From positions 5,890,001-5,954,000 of the forward strand of contig OZ193909.1 in NCBI GenBank assembly GCA_964276515.1: a stretch of 64,000 nt of DNA, written 5' to 3'. Position 1 is the stretch's first letter. Every line of letters starts with the position of its first letter. Shown here piece by piece: positions 12,895 to 27,810 of this stretch. The translations under genes were made by a program, and so were the position numbers. The stretch comes from Gordius albopunctatus. Its lineage: Eukaryota. The notes under the pieces are model-generated. The model was not told where the DNA came from. It saw only the letters and a list, made by a program, of their open reading frames with translations, and ran no database searches.

Positions 12895-15360
12895 TCAAAT
12901 TTCAATGTCTGAGTATGGTTCTTCGCTATCACGTAAAGACAGACTTTCGCTGGCATCGGAGTCTCTAGAAGTAATTTCGGCATTAGCGGGTGGTGGTGTC
13001 AGAGCGAACAAATCTTCATCGCTATCACTATTGGAACCCTCAGCTAAATAATCACCTATAGTTTTTCTCTTAAATCTGCCACTACCATTTATGGTGGGGT
13101 AAGGGTTATTTCGGTGCTGGTTTTTGGTGGAGGCTTCGAATTTTCGAGCATTTTCTCGCGGAGGGGCGCTCGGTGTTAAGGTTCTAAAGCTTTTACGCTG
13201 GGGTCCAAACGTGCTTTCTTCGCTCTCCCATTCATCCAACTCCATTTGGGTTACGTGAGCTGAGTCCCCCTCTATGAAAGAAGCGAACCTAAAAGAGATA
13301 GATAGATTTGTATGAAATTTCGTATATAACGACGCGAATGGTGTTTTTTAGTTTGTTTAATAATATTTTTGGCTAAATAGGTATAACATTCTAACTCAGA
13401 TAGTTAAATTGTGATATTAATTTTGTTATTTTATTTAAACATTCTGATTTCATAATAATAATAATATCGACTGCAAAGTTTTTCTACACACGCTAATTCA
13501 AATACGGATAGGTATAAACAAATGGTTGCATGCAATCAATAAAATATACGAATACTAACTTAGGCAAAAAATAACACAATATAACCTATAAAGCTTCACA
13601 TTTACTAGTCAATCCATTAATTTAAGGCAAATTTATAATGTATGAGACTTTGAAATTTCGAAGATTAATTTCTTAAACAGTCTAAATGCTAAAAGATTTA
13701 TGAGTCAATAAATAGGTAATGAATATTATTTTTTAAATTAATAAATATTAGTCAGTTTTTAAGAAAATTATAATCTTAATTCGATACATTTTTTTAATTA
13801 TAATCTCAAAAATTAATGGGCAAAAATATAAAAAATTGCAAACATTGCAAATGGATTACTTTTTAGGATCCTTGAGAATTTTGGCATATTTCCAAGCAGT
13901 TGTTTGAGAATTATTACAGTAATCTCTAAGCTGGTTCAAAGCCTTCCTTGTTTCATAAATTCCTTGCTGAGCAAATTCCTCTTGAGTCAAAAGTTTAACT
14001 TTGGGTGGAAACTTTTTATGCCTGTTTTTTTAAATTAAACTTATTTAAAATGGACAAAATAGTCAATAGTTTACACATAAAATTAATAGTTTTTGTATAT
14101 ATAGAATATTAAAAAATTAAGATGCAAGGATTTTATAATTTATTAAAGAGCAAATATAAAGTTTCTATAAAGTCTTCATAGATTAAAACAATGCTTATGA
14201 AATATACCATTAGCAGTAAGATAATTTATATAACTAAATGAAAAATTACATACAAATATGCCTGAATACGCCTTTTTAGTAGATTCATTGGATTTAGCTT
14301 TGATTGAGAGGGTAGAAACTTGGATAAAAATGTTGTTAAAATAATTAACATAATTGACACTTCCGGAAAGTTCTGACATGAAAAGTATATCATTAGCCAT
14401 GACAATGCTTGAATAGCCCATTTTATAATCTGCAATGTTCTAGGATTTTTTGGTGGCCCTCTATAATAGCATAGACAGAAGCTTAGTAGTCCAACCAATA
14501 CTATATAGGCTGCTATGTAATTTGAATAGAGATTCATAATAAGTTGAGCGTTTTCCCAGATATACTGTAGTATGTATAAACCAAATGACCATCCACTGGC
14601 AAGTATCAGGTATGCAGCAGCAGATTTCTATTATAAATTTATATATACACACATCCTTTAATTATATTACTTTCGGAACTAGTCTACTAAGCAAATAAAC
14701 TAGAACCATACTTGATGCACATATTCCAAAAGCAATTCCAAATGCATAATAAAAAAATTCATTCCTTTAATTTTTATGTAATTGGGCTATAAAAGTTACC
14801 TAGATAATTTTATGGCAATTAAATTGATTATAGCACCTCCCAAGAGCAGAGTTAATTTCAGATAATCAATCAGAAAAAAATTAAATCTAATAGAGTAATC
14901 TTCTTTGGTGCTAATGCCTACGCATGATAATGTAAATGGTTCTAAATTGATTTTTGCTGGCCTCCATGATGGAAATAAATTGTACCAATTTGCATTAGCT
15001 TCTTTATATTGCTTATTAATTTCACTCAAATTTTGACCTTTAAAAAGCAAATAATTGCTTCTTTCCTTTCTATTAAACTTCAATCTAGCCTAATAAACTA
15101 ATATATAACATTAAGCATATATTTTACCTTTGCGCTACTAAGCAAGAACTTTAGTTTGGGCTTTTTTCCAGGGTAGCAATACACATTTAATGAAGATTTG
15201 TACTTAGGAGGTTGATATATAATGTTATTATTTTTAAGCCAAATAACTTCAACAGATTATATAATTTATTACTAAAAAATTTACCACTTGGCTCTAATTC
15301 CACTCCAAATACATAAATAAACAGAGAATAAATCCATAGTAAAAGGTAATCTAAAAGCAT
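12895..15360 (-). CDS. NEMP1: Nuclear envelope integral membrane protein (NEMP1/TMEM194 family), 7 exons, ~502 aa
   Basis: Exons (minus): 15360-15285, 15246-15128, 15089-14800, 14764-14671, 14627-14254, 14021-13860, 13288-12895. All introns are GT-AG and in frame (1509 nt). Signal peptide MLLDYLLLWIYSLFIYVFG; TM region NEFFYYAFGIAFGICASSMVLVYLLSRLVPK and SFCLCYYRGPPKNPRT; conserved region PPKVKLLTQEEFAQQGIYETRKALNQLRDYC...AWK...DPKKFASFIEG. AATAAA on the minus strand at about 12691-12696. Confidence 0.93.
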
Positions 15361-15779
15361 TAGGGAAAATCAGCTGTGGAATTGGTCTTATGATCATGAA
15401 ATGCATGAAGATACATATTAATATCAATAATAAATAAGTATGTATTTTAAAACTAAACTATATAATTTGAAGTTATGGTACAATTTATGCACCTTTTTAT
15501 AACGTTGTTGTAATAATATAATTAATAAAGTAATATATAATGGAAGATCTTCACTGATATAGATGAAATATTTAACCAATTAAGTTACAGATTTATGTAC
15601 GATTCTAGAATACAATATAATAGATATAATATAATAGAAATTTAAATTATATTTATTGTATTATATTTAATTAAATTGTATTATATAATCGCCTACGTAC
15701 CAGAATCTCAAAAGACGAGTTTTAAGATAAAGCAGGTTGTAATGGTAAATCTTTCACGACTTAATTAATATTAATACAT

Positions 15780-16965
15780 CTTGTGTTCGCAAAATCTCTT
15801 TTTAACCTATATTAGAATGGTTTATAGAAATTCAAAATGAATGGGTGTCGAACTTTTACATTTAACAACAACTCAAGCAACTTTTTGGATTCTTAGAAAT
15901 GGTTTGCCCTGTATGCTGTTCATTGACAAATCGTATCAGACAACGGACCCTAATTTACTGAGCTAGATTTTAAAATTACTGTATGGATGAAGAAAATGTA
16001 ACAAAAATTGCATTAATATTAATATTTAATCAATAATCTAAATTGTTGCCAATCAGTCATTTTTTTCTTAATTAATACACATAACATTTTATATTTCTTA
16101 ACTTAATTTATTTCATTTATTTCAATTATGCCCAGAAGAATATGCGCGACGATAACCACGAATTATATTCGAGGGAATAATATTATATATTGCGAACGAA
16201 CAAAAAAAGAAATTAGTTGTGTTAAAAGGTACAATGAACTTGTTCATCCACGCATGACTTGCCAGCGACTTGAATGCGGCTACGCGTGCATGTGCATCCA
16301 CGACGATGGAGAATAACATCATTTACATAAAATCATCTTCATATCATCCTAAAACTAATGGGCTAGCAGAGAGAAAAAGTACGCGGCTACCAAAGCCCAT
16401 AAGACGAGCCCTCATGCTTGTCATAGCCTTGATAATGTACACAATAAGCACCCTAAATTCAAAAGGGACAACACCCTATAGGCTCATGTTTAGACGACAT
16501 ATTAAAACGGGTAAGAGTTGGGCACGCTCTCCGGTAAAGTCCAAATTGGAAAAGAAAGTAAACGATAACGGGCGCATGACAAGGGATTAAAGGCACGAAA
16601 ATTTCTTCCAAAATAGCCGGTATGGTGAGGAATGAGTCGAGTCTGAAATGAAGTGAGAGCTCCATTGCAACAAGAACGGGACCGCTGTCACATTCAGTAG
16701 GGGTGGATGGAAGACTGTGGCGGAAGCATGCCGATAAATTAAGGAGTATGATCATGGAGCCAAAACTACCAACGCAATCGTTACCCACACACTTACCTCA
16801 ACTGAATGAAGAGGTTGTAGTAGCTGGAAGTGATATAGCTCAACCGATTGAAGAGGCCGTATGGGATAGTCAAGTATAATCAGGCCCGATGCCTCGTCTT
16901 AAACGTTACGTTCACCCGCCTTTAAGATTTATTCAAGAAATATTAATCAAAGGGAAAAGGAGGAC
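15780..16965 (+). mobile_element. Ty3/Gypsy integrase remnant with polypurine tract
   Basis: Motifs QIVSDNGP, SSSYHPKTNGLAER, GTTPYRLMFRR, GRLWRKHADKLR; PPT AAAGGGAAAAGGAGG at about 16948-16963; stops and frameshifts. Confidence 0.85.
15988..16305 (-). mobile_element. Solo LTR nested in the Gypsy integrase
   Basis: 5-bp TSD ATGGA (15983-15987, 16306-16310). Minus-strand ends cGTCGTGG...TTCTTCA (TG..CA with one change). Excision restores NYCMENNIIYIK. Confidence 0.7.
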
Positions 16966-17708
16966 ATATTATATATATATATATATATATATATTCGCAT
17001 TTTAAGTTTTACCCATTGTTCTTTTGTCCATTGTTCTTTTGTTGTCTTGTGGTTTTTACGATTAATTAATAAACTCTATTCTTAATTATACGCGCATAAA
17101 TTTTATTGGTAAATAATCATTTTGCGACAATATTAATAAAAATGGGTCAAGTAAATATTTTGCAACATAATATGGAGCCTTGCACTATAATATAATTGAT
17201 TAGTTACGAATGTAAAGTTTCTGCTAATAAATTCTATTGACAATTTATTAAAATCCCAAACTCATATGTTATCATTCCAATATTAATGCTACTTTTTATT
17301 TTGCAACGTTCAAATTTGTGCAACTAATAATTGTGTTTTTAATATAAATGTCTACTCGTAATTTTGTGTCTTTTATAATGTTATGATGACGGCTATCTCA
17401 AAGCTTAGAATTCCTGTAAACTAAAGCATCAATGTGAATTTTAGCCACTATTAATAACGATAGCCATCTAGCCCAAATTTTTAAACAAGATAAATTTATA
17501 TATCACTTTATATTTGACAAACTGAGTGGTTTTGATACAAATGTAAAATTTAGTATTATTTTTAAAATTGCCAGTAAAATAATGTACGAACGTATTGATT
17601 TTAGATGGTTTTAAATCAAAAATGGTTTTCCATTGACATTTTGATTAAAAAACTTTTTAATTTTATAATTCCTTAAAAATAGAACAAATTATTATTTGAC
17701 TTTAACAA

Positions 17709-18009
17709 TCTTTTATATAATAATGAAACTGTGTGTGTGTGTATGCCGCCACCAATTTTGGAAAACTACCAGACCGATTTGGCTCAAAATTTCACAGTTT
17801 ATTCCCCACACTACGGAGCATGTTTTAAGATTTGTTCGAGCCAAATCGGTGCAGTAGTTTTCGAGTATTCCTACGCGTTGCACTGTATACGGAAATCGAA
17901 AACAATAGAAATAGAACATCAAGACATCCCATCATATATGCCCTAAAATTCCAACATAATTTAATATACCCGGGCAAATGGCAAAACAACGTTTGCCGGG
18001 TTCATCTAG
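17709..18009 (+). mobile_element. Non-autonomous Helitron
   Basis: 5' TC terminus, (TG)n tract, 3' hairpin (CCCGGGCAAA...TTTGCCGGG) then CTAG; inserted between A and T with no TSD. Confidence 0.85.
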
Positions 18010-18562
18010 TTTGTTATAATCTAGAAGGTTATTTAAAAAAAAACAAGCTCTATCATGGGCGTACCCAGGGGGGGGGGCAAAGGGGTGAAAAATTTTCAAT
18101 ACAAAAACCCTTAAAGATTAAAAAAATTATGTTTTGCCCCCCCCCCCCCTATTTGAACTTAACTCAAATTAATACAGATGCTTATTAGCAAATTTACACA
18201 TGAATTTAAATTTGAGATTAGATTACTAGTTGCGATTGTGTTTGTGTAGTCATCATTTATTTCCTATTCCTAATTTTTTTTACGGTCGAAGGAAAATTTT
18301 TGAATAGTCAAGTTCCTTTTTTTTGTCGCAGGAAAAGAAGGGTAACAATTATATTTATTTAATAGGCTTATATTTTAGATAAGGAAAGTCTTGTAATAAA
18401 TTAAAGCCGTTGTTATTAGGGTTGACAAAATTTCATATTTTTCTGTTATTTTATTATCCATAATCTAGAACAAATTCAAAACAATAGAGTATAATATGAA
18501 CTTGTGCGTACTCACTCATGTTATTGTATTTTAATATCTAATAAACAATTAAAAAAATTATT

Positions 18563-18765
18563 CCCAGTGTTAGCGCCGAGCTATAGCTCCAGCGCATTTA
18601 AGTGCTATCGGCTATAGCTTTAGGGCCTCAAACCTCCCATCTCCTATAGCTTATAGCACTTAAAATGACTATGTGCTAGTAGACATAGCGGCATATGGGT
18701 GCTATGTGCTATAGCTTTAGCTACTTAAAAACGCTATTTCCTCATCTCTACTTTCACATTACTGA
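18563..18765. mobile_element. CCCAG-terminated (CMC/EnSpm-like) MITE
   Basis: Ends CCCAGTG ... TTACTGAG with many subterminal GCTATAGC repeats. Confidence 0.45.
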
Positions 18766-21700
18766 GAAAAATATTTCCAGCTCCTAGTCCCTCATTTTAT
18801 AATGTATCTTATTCCATGAACTAGTCATTTGAAACTGGTTATTTTAACAAATCTAGTTCTAACATAGGATAGAGTTTAATCGACCAAATTATAAATAAGC
18901 GTGTTTAATTGCAGATATATTGTGTTCTAGAAACGCTGATAAATTAGTTATACAAAATTTTGTTTAAAAAATTAAGTTATTTTGGCTCAGCAAATGCAGA
19001 CATTCCGTGATTCCATGTGTTTGGGAAGATGTTGTACTATGCCCAATAAGGAGCCAGAAAAATGTAAGCATTTTAATTCATATAATATCAAACAAATATT
19101 TGTTTTATAACTCATCATATATATCTTCATTAATGGTATACAAAAAATTAGATTTTAACGATTTATAACATTAACTGGGTAATTTTAATGTATTTAAGAA
19201 CAATAATATTTTGAAGAAGTTCTAACAATTTTTTGAAATCATGACTCCTACCCAAAGACGCAAAAGATTTGTTAGATAAACTCTAACATTTAACACATAG
19301 TATATGGCAATATGAAATCATCGCCCATCTTTAAAATTTTAAGAAAGGTTGAGATGTAAAATTTCATAGACGCATATTACTATTAATGTTTAATTCTATA
19401 TTTAAATAAGTAAAAACTTACATAGTCAATTTTTATGTGCAAAATTTATTTTCTCATTGCTTTATGTCTGCATATTGGAATTATGAATAAAAGGCATATT
19501 TAAATATTTTATGGCATATAAAAGGGATATTAAGCAAAACTACACCAAATTTGCATATACATATATATAAATCCGAAGAATATTGTATGTATATGATATA
19601 TTTATGCTTATATTATTTTTAACAAGGCCAATAATATAAGCATGAAAAGGTTTTGTAAGGGCATACAACTTATAAATATTTATGAGTGAGATTCGTGTTC
19701 AACTTTGGGATCGTGATCTTTATATACACGCTCCAAGTTTTAGAAAATAAATGGACGCCATTTAAAAATGGCAGCGCCCGCCCGGAGTTTATCTTTAGAA
19801 TTTTAATATTTAACTGCGTGACTGGTCATTTAAAGTTAGCATTAGTCTCAAACTTTATATATATGCTGTCACTTGTTTAAAATGTCATAAGATGATTACT
19901 TAATTCGTTTAAAACGAGAGTATTTGAGGGGCAAAATAAAGCTTTAAATTCAAGCTTTTGTTAATGATTCACCATCGAGCAGTTCTTTAAATTGTAATAT
20001 TAGAATGAAGGATATAAAAAATGAGTTGCCACACAGATTTTAAATTTGAATTTAATGTTTAACTGATTGAATTACGCGAAATAACCTTCAAGTTTGCATT
20101 AGCGGCCTTTGAAAATTATACGACTACAATGTCCCAAATTGGGCGAATCGCTTAATTTTAAAATTTTTAAAACTATACGCTTTTACCAATATCCAGTGGC
20201 CTAGCTAGGGGGAGGGGGGGGGAAGCAAGAAGCCAAGGCCCTCCCCAAGAGCAATTCCCAGCACCTTTCGCCCCCCCCCCCACCCAAGGTAATAATCCTA
20301 GCCCCATTGCTACCCCTGAAGCAGTTATTTAATATATGGTAATTTAATTAATAATAATTATATTTATTAGTTTTTAATTAAGTAAATCTTTAATGACTCT
20401 AAGTTACTTATTTATATTAAATCTCGGCTTTATTTATTAACAATGGAAAAAGGCTGGCATTAAAACTTAATATTTTTAAAAGCTTCAAAAAACAGCTTAA
20501 ATTAAATAGGTATGGTATATTATTTGGGATTGGGGCAATACCAAATTGTTATAAAGATAGTCGCTATATAATTTTACCAATGATGGTATCATTTTATAAA
20601 ATTAAGAGTTTTATTTCGAATATACCCATTCCATTTTGGGCTATAATTGATATAGTTGTTAAATTGCTAAGTAACTTCAACTAAAAACGCGAGCACGAAC
20701 ACTAGCTGTGTAATATGCTAGTTTAACACAACGAGTGCTAGCTGTTCGGTGCAATAGTTTTAACAGTAGCATGTAAAAATGCTCGAGAGGTTAGTCAAAG
20801 CAGCAGCCAAATCTGTTAAAAAATTTAGCAGGAGCTCGAGCAGTAAATTCCAGCAGATAGTAGATTGAATTGCTATTTGTTAAAATTACAATTTTTATCA
20901 TATTATATTTCCTAAATAAATTAAGAAATTTGCCCCCCCCCCCTATTTTTTACCCTCTTTCTCACCAGAGGGGAGGGGAAAAGAATGCAAAGATAATTAT
21001 GAAAAGGTATACTAAAAATTATTAATTTAATTAATCAGAACTTATTATTGTTTATTATCAATCCGATCCGACTTCCGATCCGTCCGAACTCGGATCGGAT
21101 TTATCCGTGCACACCTCTAGTACAAACTCACTATACACCATATAATTTTAGGTAGCCTTAATTGACATATTTTGCTTGTTATTTAGCTATGTGCATTTTT
21201 AATTTTAAATACAATGTGACCTTTCAAAGCGAAAATACTCTCAAGATTTTGCTTTAAAGGAAACAACGGGTCGAGGAAGTGCCGTTGTAATATAACCCAC
21301 GGATTCGGGTCGTGCATAGAAATAATTAGGACCCGCTGAGCCCGTTACAAAATCATATAGATTTTGTGTGTATTGTAAAGTATAAACAAAGGTGCGTTTT
21401 TATGATGTTTAATATCTAATATATAAATATTTAGTGTTTCTTAAATTAACATTTAAAATAAAATCATATCTTTCTCGTTACTCATTCATCATCCACATCT
21501 CAACGCGCGTCTCAAATTGATAATTCTTAATTGGAGACTATATATAGACGTGGTCCAATCCTACCTTTTGCAAATCAATAAACTTTAGAATAGGCTAATA
21601 TGATATTTTGATTAGTATATAAATTTTACATGATTATTATTAACATCTGTAATATATATATATTGTTTATTCAATTAAAAATTTCCAATCTAATATTAAA

Positions 21701-24051
21701 AGATGCGAAATAAAAGTTTTTGCATAGGGTCCCGAATTCGGGCCTTGAAAAAAACTAGCTGGCCGGCTCTATTTTTCTTTATTTGGATTGATCCGGACCC
21801 GGTCTAAGGTTTATATGTTTGAACTGGCGGGCTGGTTGACCTAAAGAGGCCCGATGCAGGTCTCTAATTTCGCATGCTCATTTGTAAGTCGAATGTAAAA
21901 CGAAAGAGGGAAGATCTAAGATTTGGGAACTTAATACTGATATGGACTGAAAAAGGTACGAGCTAAAGTTAATTTTGGAAAAAAAATTACACTAAGGATT
22001 AGCTGTGTAGGGCTATGTAAACAAAATTTGTCCCCGATGATCCCTCTCCACTAGTTTAACATTTTGGTTCGATATTAAAGGGGATATGCTAGCTACTTCA
22101 CTGCCAATATCAAAACCAATTTTCGATCTATCCCAGTTTAACAAGTTATTTTATTTTTCTCTATACCATAAAAATGCTTAATTTAATTAATTATAGGAAT
22201 TTAAATTTACAATAAAATACATGATAATAGGTAAAATGGCGTTAAGAGTTTGTAATTTATTAATAGTTTATTTAGTGCGCAGATATCTATTCAGATTTAT
22301 GTTTGTTCAGCTTTGCTATTCATATATGAGCAAATATTAAAAGATGAAAATTGCACACAAAAACATATTTTTGAGGAATGTAATGTTATTATTTTCTTAT
22401 TTATTTTTATTAACCAACAACCCATATATAATTCAGTATAAATGTGGTTATTCCGTCTTAAATAAAAAAACATATCTACTGAGCTGAACTGTCGATATTT
22501 TGTTGATTATATATTTTATCAAGCGAATGATAAACAAATCTATCGAATATTTCATTTAAAAATTACCTACATAAAGAAAAAAAATCAAAGCAAAAATTGA
22601 TATAATTTTCAACTTAACTTTAATGTTTCAGTGCAGTGAGCCAAATTACCATTAAAAAGGTTTAAGTAGTTTTTATGATTTATTATAAAATAATCGGATG
22701 TATTTAATAGAACTAATCAACAATGCTAGAATATTTATTGCGAACTATTTGGTAGGGGTTTTCTCAAAAAACAACTTTGCTAAATATCCACTTAATCAAT
22801 CAAGCTCGATTGAGGATATCCTATATTTATACTTTTGCCATTTGAAATAAAGTTAAACTATTCACACTTGGGAAAAACGGTTGATATAGCTTTTTAAGTA
22901 AACAACCGGGGGGGGGGGATTAAGCTTTATCTAGTTTGATTATAAATTTCCAGTTTAGATAATAAGTAGGTAATTTGAAATACATACATACAATTAATCA
23001 ACATTTACTGTCCTAACTAGGTAACGAATATGTTGACAATTTTACTAATTAGATTAGTTCTAATGTATTACTACTCATATTAATGTTCTAATTTAAATTC
23101 TTAATTTTCCACTTTCATCCATTAAAAACCTTTTTATAGGCGCAAAATTTAAATTAAATGCAGGATTTTATACTCTTGTGACCAGTATGTATGAAAATAA
23201 AGAGGAGGCAGGCGCCCGTCCATGCCTATTTTTGGCCACCCCTTGTATATATATCTAAGCAATTTGAGGACAAAGGTTATTATGACAAAATGCGAATTAA
23301 ATGTGACTTCTTGACCTATACTTTGTATTACCATGTAATTAATGTCTCTTTTTAATTTTATTAGACTCAGCTAGTTAGTAGTTTCTTTGAGTCGTTGCTC
23401 AATAATATTTTCGCTTCAGCGCTCATTTTATCACTTAACTACCCACGCAATTAGGATTATTTTGTCAAACCGCTCTTCCGCCAAATTATTAATTTTATTT
23501 TTATCAAAGGCATGCTTCTTTCTTTGATTCAAGTTTTGAATCCTCTTTGGCCATTGCTTCACGCTTAATTGACTCTAGTTGCGGTTAAAAGGACAAATTA
23601 TCATATTACCAAACTTGACCAAATTAGATATAACGGGATGATTCAATTTTCACACAGAAAATACTGTGTTGACTTTTTTTTATCTAACAAACAAAACACA
23701 GAGTATGGGAGCCCACTGGATTGTAAATTTGATTTAATAAAGGAACAACTTTGGTTAATTAGCCAAATTTTTATCATTTTATTAATTTCTTCCCAATATC
23801 TTTTTTACTCAAATAAATATCGAGAGCTTAAAACAGAATCAAATGTTTATTTTCATTAGGGGTTGATATTTCGTGTAAAAGGGACCAAGCTAGAAAGGAG
23901 GAATCTATTTTGCAGCTGAATAAAGCGTTAGGATTTGAATTTGACCAAAAATGTAATTTCAACAAATTATATAAATATCATGACACACAAAGTAATAATG
24001 TTTAAGCTAAGGCGATTGACAGCACGAAAATCCCACTCTATGTACCTATAT

Positions 24052-24869
24052 TAGAGCTCTGCACGGGTGACCCGAGGGTTGAACGTTAAATTTTATACTC
24101 GGCTCGGGTTGAACGTTAAATTTTATATTGAATAATAGACATATCTTTTAAATGAATGCTATTTTATACAGTATTTTTTAATTAATACCCAAATGTATGA
24201 TTAATTTATCTCATACATTCATTTAAATTAATTTTTTATGTTATATCTGAATTTTGAAACTGCGCATTTTTAAACTCAGAAAAGTAAAATATCTTGATGG
24301 ATGCTAAATTATAATGAACATGTAATTGATATCACAGAACTTATGATTTTCTTAATTCCCATTTATCCTTTTTTTAAAAATGTCTCAACTTGTATTATCG
24401 CCTAGTTTATACACTAGAATAAAATTAATTTATCATATTTTACAAAGATGATTTAAAAAATAAGAGTTTTTGAAATAATAATCAAATTTTCTCTTTTAAT
24501 TTTCGCACAATATTGCCACAACCGTTATTGGACTTAAAATCAAAATTGCCTGATAATACAGAACTCATTTAAGAATATAAGCATTTTATATTTAAGAAGA
24601 TAATAGTACACATTTAGGAGTGCCGATCTGAACTTAAAATTATATTCTATGGGCTATTTATAGGCAATTTTAATTAGAGACTAAATTGATTATATATATA
24701 TATATAACTTATCCTTTTTAGCATGTGATACGTTTTGTCCATTTTTGGGAGATAATAATTTGTCGCCATTTAAATCCATTAAAATTAATTTTACAATATT
24801 AACTTTTTTTTACTTTCGGGTCGGGTCGGGTCGGGTTCGGGTTGAAAAAAGTGACTTTGCAGGGCTCTA
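24052..24869. mobile_element. hAT-type MITE (TAGAGC[T/C]CTGCA TIR)
   Basis: Perfect TSD ACCTATAT (24044-24051, 24870-24877); CGGGT subterminal repeats. Confidence 0.9.
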
Positions 24870-25383
24870 ACCTATATGTGTGTGTGTCATTTCTTAATAC
24901 GGAATCAGTCAAAAAATATCTTGCGAATGAAAGTTGGCTAATGTAAATTTTCCCTAGAAAAGCACGTTCTTTGACCATTAAAAATAGCTTTCAAAATATT
25001 AACTTTATTAAATTCCCTTATCCTTACACACGATTTAGAGGTGATCAAAGCACTCCTATAGCCAGTAATAATATTGTTTAAAATTTTTATTTAGGTGCCA
25101 TCCTAATGGATCTAAAATAAATTTTAAAGGGGAAGAGTAGGAGGGGTGTAAAATCAGTGGAAACCATGTAGAACCATGATATAGTATTTCGCTATTATAT
25201 TATTTTTTTGCCCTAATGGAAACATTTTGTTAAATATGGACCTTTAGTTTTCCCAACAATAACAAACACCATTTTTCACTGATATTGGATTATATGTTAA
25301 TATCAGAATGCCAAAAATTTGAGTGCAGCGGGCCTTTGGGGAAAATTTTTTTAGGGCATTTGTAATATAATGGGGCTCAAAAT

Positions 25384-26272
25384 CATTCTTGTTAAGGTAC
25401 AGGAGCGGCGCTACATTTTTCCAAAAAATTTTAAAAATGAGGAGCGGGAGCGGGAGTAGCTCCTTTTAGGGCTGGTTTTGATTTTTCATCTAATCATTTG
25501 AAACATTAAGAATCCTGTAAGTCATATTAATATTCATTTTATAGATAGGTAATAAAAAATAGTTTTATTATGGATTTAGTAGAGATTATAGAAGAAGAAA
25601 CCAAATTTCCATTAGTGATATAAATAAATTTTAGGTTATGGAACCTATAAAAAAAGCTCTGAAAATACTTGAAGGGGGGAGCTTCATATGGACATGGGTT
25701 TCCTAAGTCCTACCATTTTTAAACTCATTTTTTAGAGTTTTGCCAACCTCTTGTAAAGTCTCTCATCAGCGGTATTAATAAAAGGTTTATAAGAACACAT
25801 AATATATTGGTTAATTAATATTATTTAAATAATGATAGCAAAATTACTATTTTTGAACAATTCCATGAATTAAAAAATATTTATAATAAATACAATACCC
25901 CGCTTCCCTCTAGTGCTGCTCCTGTGGAGCGCCTATTTAGTATCGCAAAACAGGTCTTAGGGGAGAAGCGTGGGTGTTTGTTAGATTCTAATTTAGAAAA
26001 TTTATTACTTTTAAAAGCTAATAAAAGATTATAAATATTTTGATATGTCATATAAATAAAACGTTTTGATAAAAAAATATTATTTTATTTCGTGTACCTT
26101 CCAAAAAAATGAAAATCAAAGGAGGGGTTATGGAGCGGCACTCCATTAGTTGGAGCGGGAGCGCTCCTTTTAATATGTAGTAGCGGGAGCGGGAGTTCGC
26201 TCCTTTTAAGAAGGTAGGAGCGGGAGCGGGAGCGGGTGTAGCTACTTTTAAAAAGGAGCGTTAACAAAACTG
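25384..26272 (+). mobile_element. hAT deletion derivative with C-terminal dimerization-domain remnant
   Basis: TSD CTCAAAAT; TIR CATTCTTGTTAA / TTAACAAAACTG; GGAGCG repeats; KYNTPLPSSAAPVERLFSIAKQVLGEKRGCL at about 25860-26030. Confidence 0.88.
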
Positions 26273-27739
26273 CTCAAAATCCTAAATTGGGGATTTAATG
26301 AACATTTATACGGAGAATTTTGAAAATTGTTTGGTAATTAGTTATAAAAAGTGATTTGATTTACATGAACATAGGGTATAAGGTATAATCTTTGTTTAAT
26401 TGATACTAATTTTTATCGAACTTTGTAAAATAGTAAATGCTGAGTCAACCAAATGTTGCAATTAAATACCGGTGTTTCCTGGATATGGCAATAGACTAAT
26501 TTTTCACTTAACATTACATTTAAGCAGACCACACTATTTTAATTTACACATAGTATCTAAGCTTGATTGTAAATACAATTTTAGTGACACAAAAATAGCG
26601 ATCAAAGTATAGGGTCAAGCTATAGAGTAATCACCAAAAGTTTGACTTGGCTGGAGCCAAATAAGTGCTTAATTTAATAGTATCAGCCGCTTTAGGAGGC
26701 ATTCATAATAGAGACTTACAGCGGCCATTTTAGGCTTGATCGGCTCTCCCGTACTTAATTATAAATTATAAGTCAGGCTCGGCCCGCGTTTGTGTTTTAC
26801 AAAACCATGACCGGAGGCTAACCCATTTCGAAAATATTTCTTTTATACTTTGTTCTTAAAATGTATTAATTTTTAATCATTATCCGACCAATTTCATACA
26901 TGTTGAAGTTTAATAATAATCATGTAAAAAAGCATAAAAGTTATCGGCCTGAAATGAGCTTTTATTTATTTCAGGGAGCGACTTACGGTTAAAAAAACTC
27001 CCACAAGTCGCACTTGTGAACCCGATACATAAAGCTTTATATGGCAAATATAAATTTTTGGAAACCTTATAGAAATATTAAAACGTTTAGGGTTTACTAC
27101 TTTAACATTCACGGATAATTTAATGAATAAATGATGAAAAACCAATTTTCATAAACTCTTTAATGTGAATTAAATTAGTAAAAAATTTGCAAAACAATAC
27201 AAAAACACACCCTTTATTTGAAAATAATTAACGGGCCTGGGCCGTAACTTACTTATCTAGGCCCGACCTAAGCCCGCTTAGATAGCTTATGGCGGGTCCA
27301 GCTCGACCCGTTATATTTTTTAGGTTTGTCGATCAGGCACATAGGCCCGTTATAAAGTCTAAGAAAATAAGCTAAAAATCATAGTTTTTAAGGAAGTCGT
27401 TACAAAGTATCGTGTAAAGTAAAGACAAAATTGGCTTTGACACACACTCACCGTGACGAATGGCGCTCGTGACTTAATTCCGCTCAATCGTTTACCGTTG
27501 CCTTAATGCTGATTCAAAACGCCTAGATTTTTTCCTAACAAAGAGAGTATACCAATAAAATTTAGGGGATAAAACCGTTTCACAAAGGTATCTTATTCAA
27601 ACGATACCATGCCATGACATGTTTTCCAAAAATAAAAATATATCTATAAATTATTTATATAGCTGTTTGATAAAGTTGGTGGTTGGTGAGTTTCTTTAGA
27701 GATTGGATGAGGGGTGACGTTTGGACAGCCGCTTGAAAT

Positions 27740-27810
27740 GTCGTGGGCGGACTTTGAACCGCGACGCGAGCTCTTGGTTCAAAGACAAAGCCTATACCTA
27801 AGATATTCCC
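27740..27810 (-). pseudogene. tRNA-derived relic (tRNA-Gln-like, possible SINE head)
   Basis: Minus strand has an anticodon-like loop CTTTGAA and a T-arm GCGG-TTCAAAGT-CCGC. D-arm and acceptor stem are degenerate. Confidence 0.35.
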
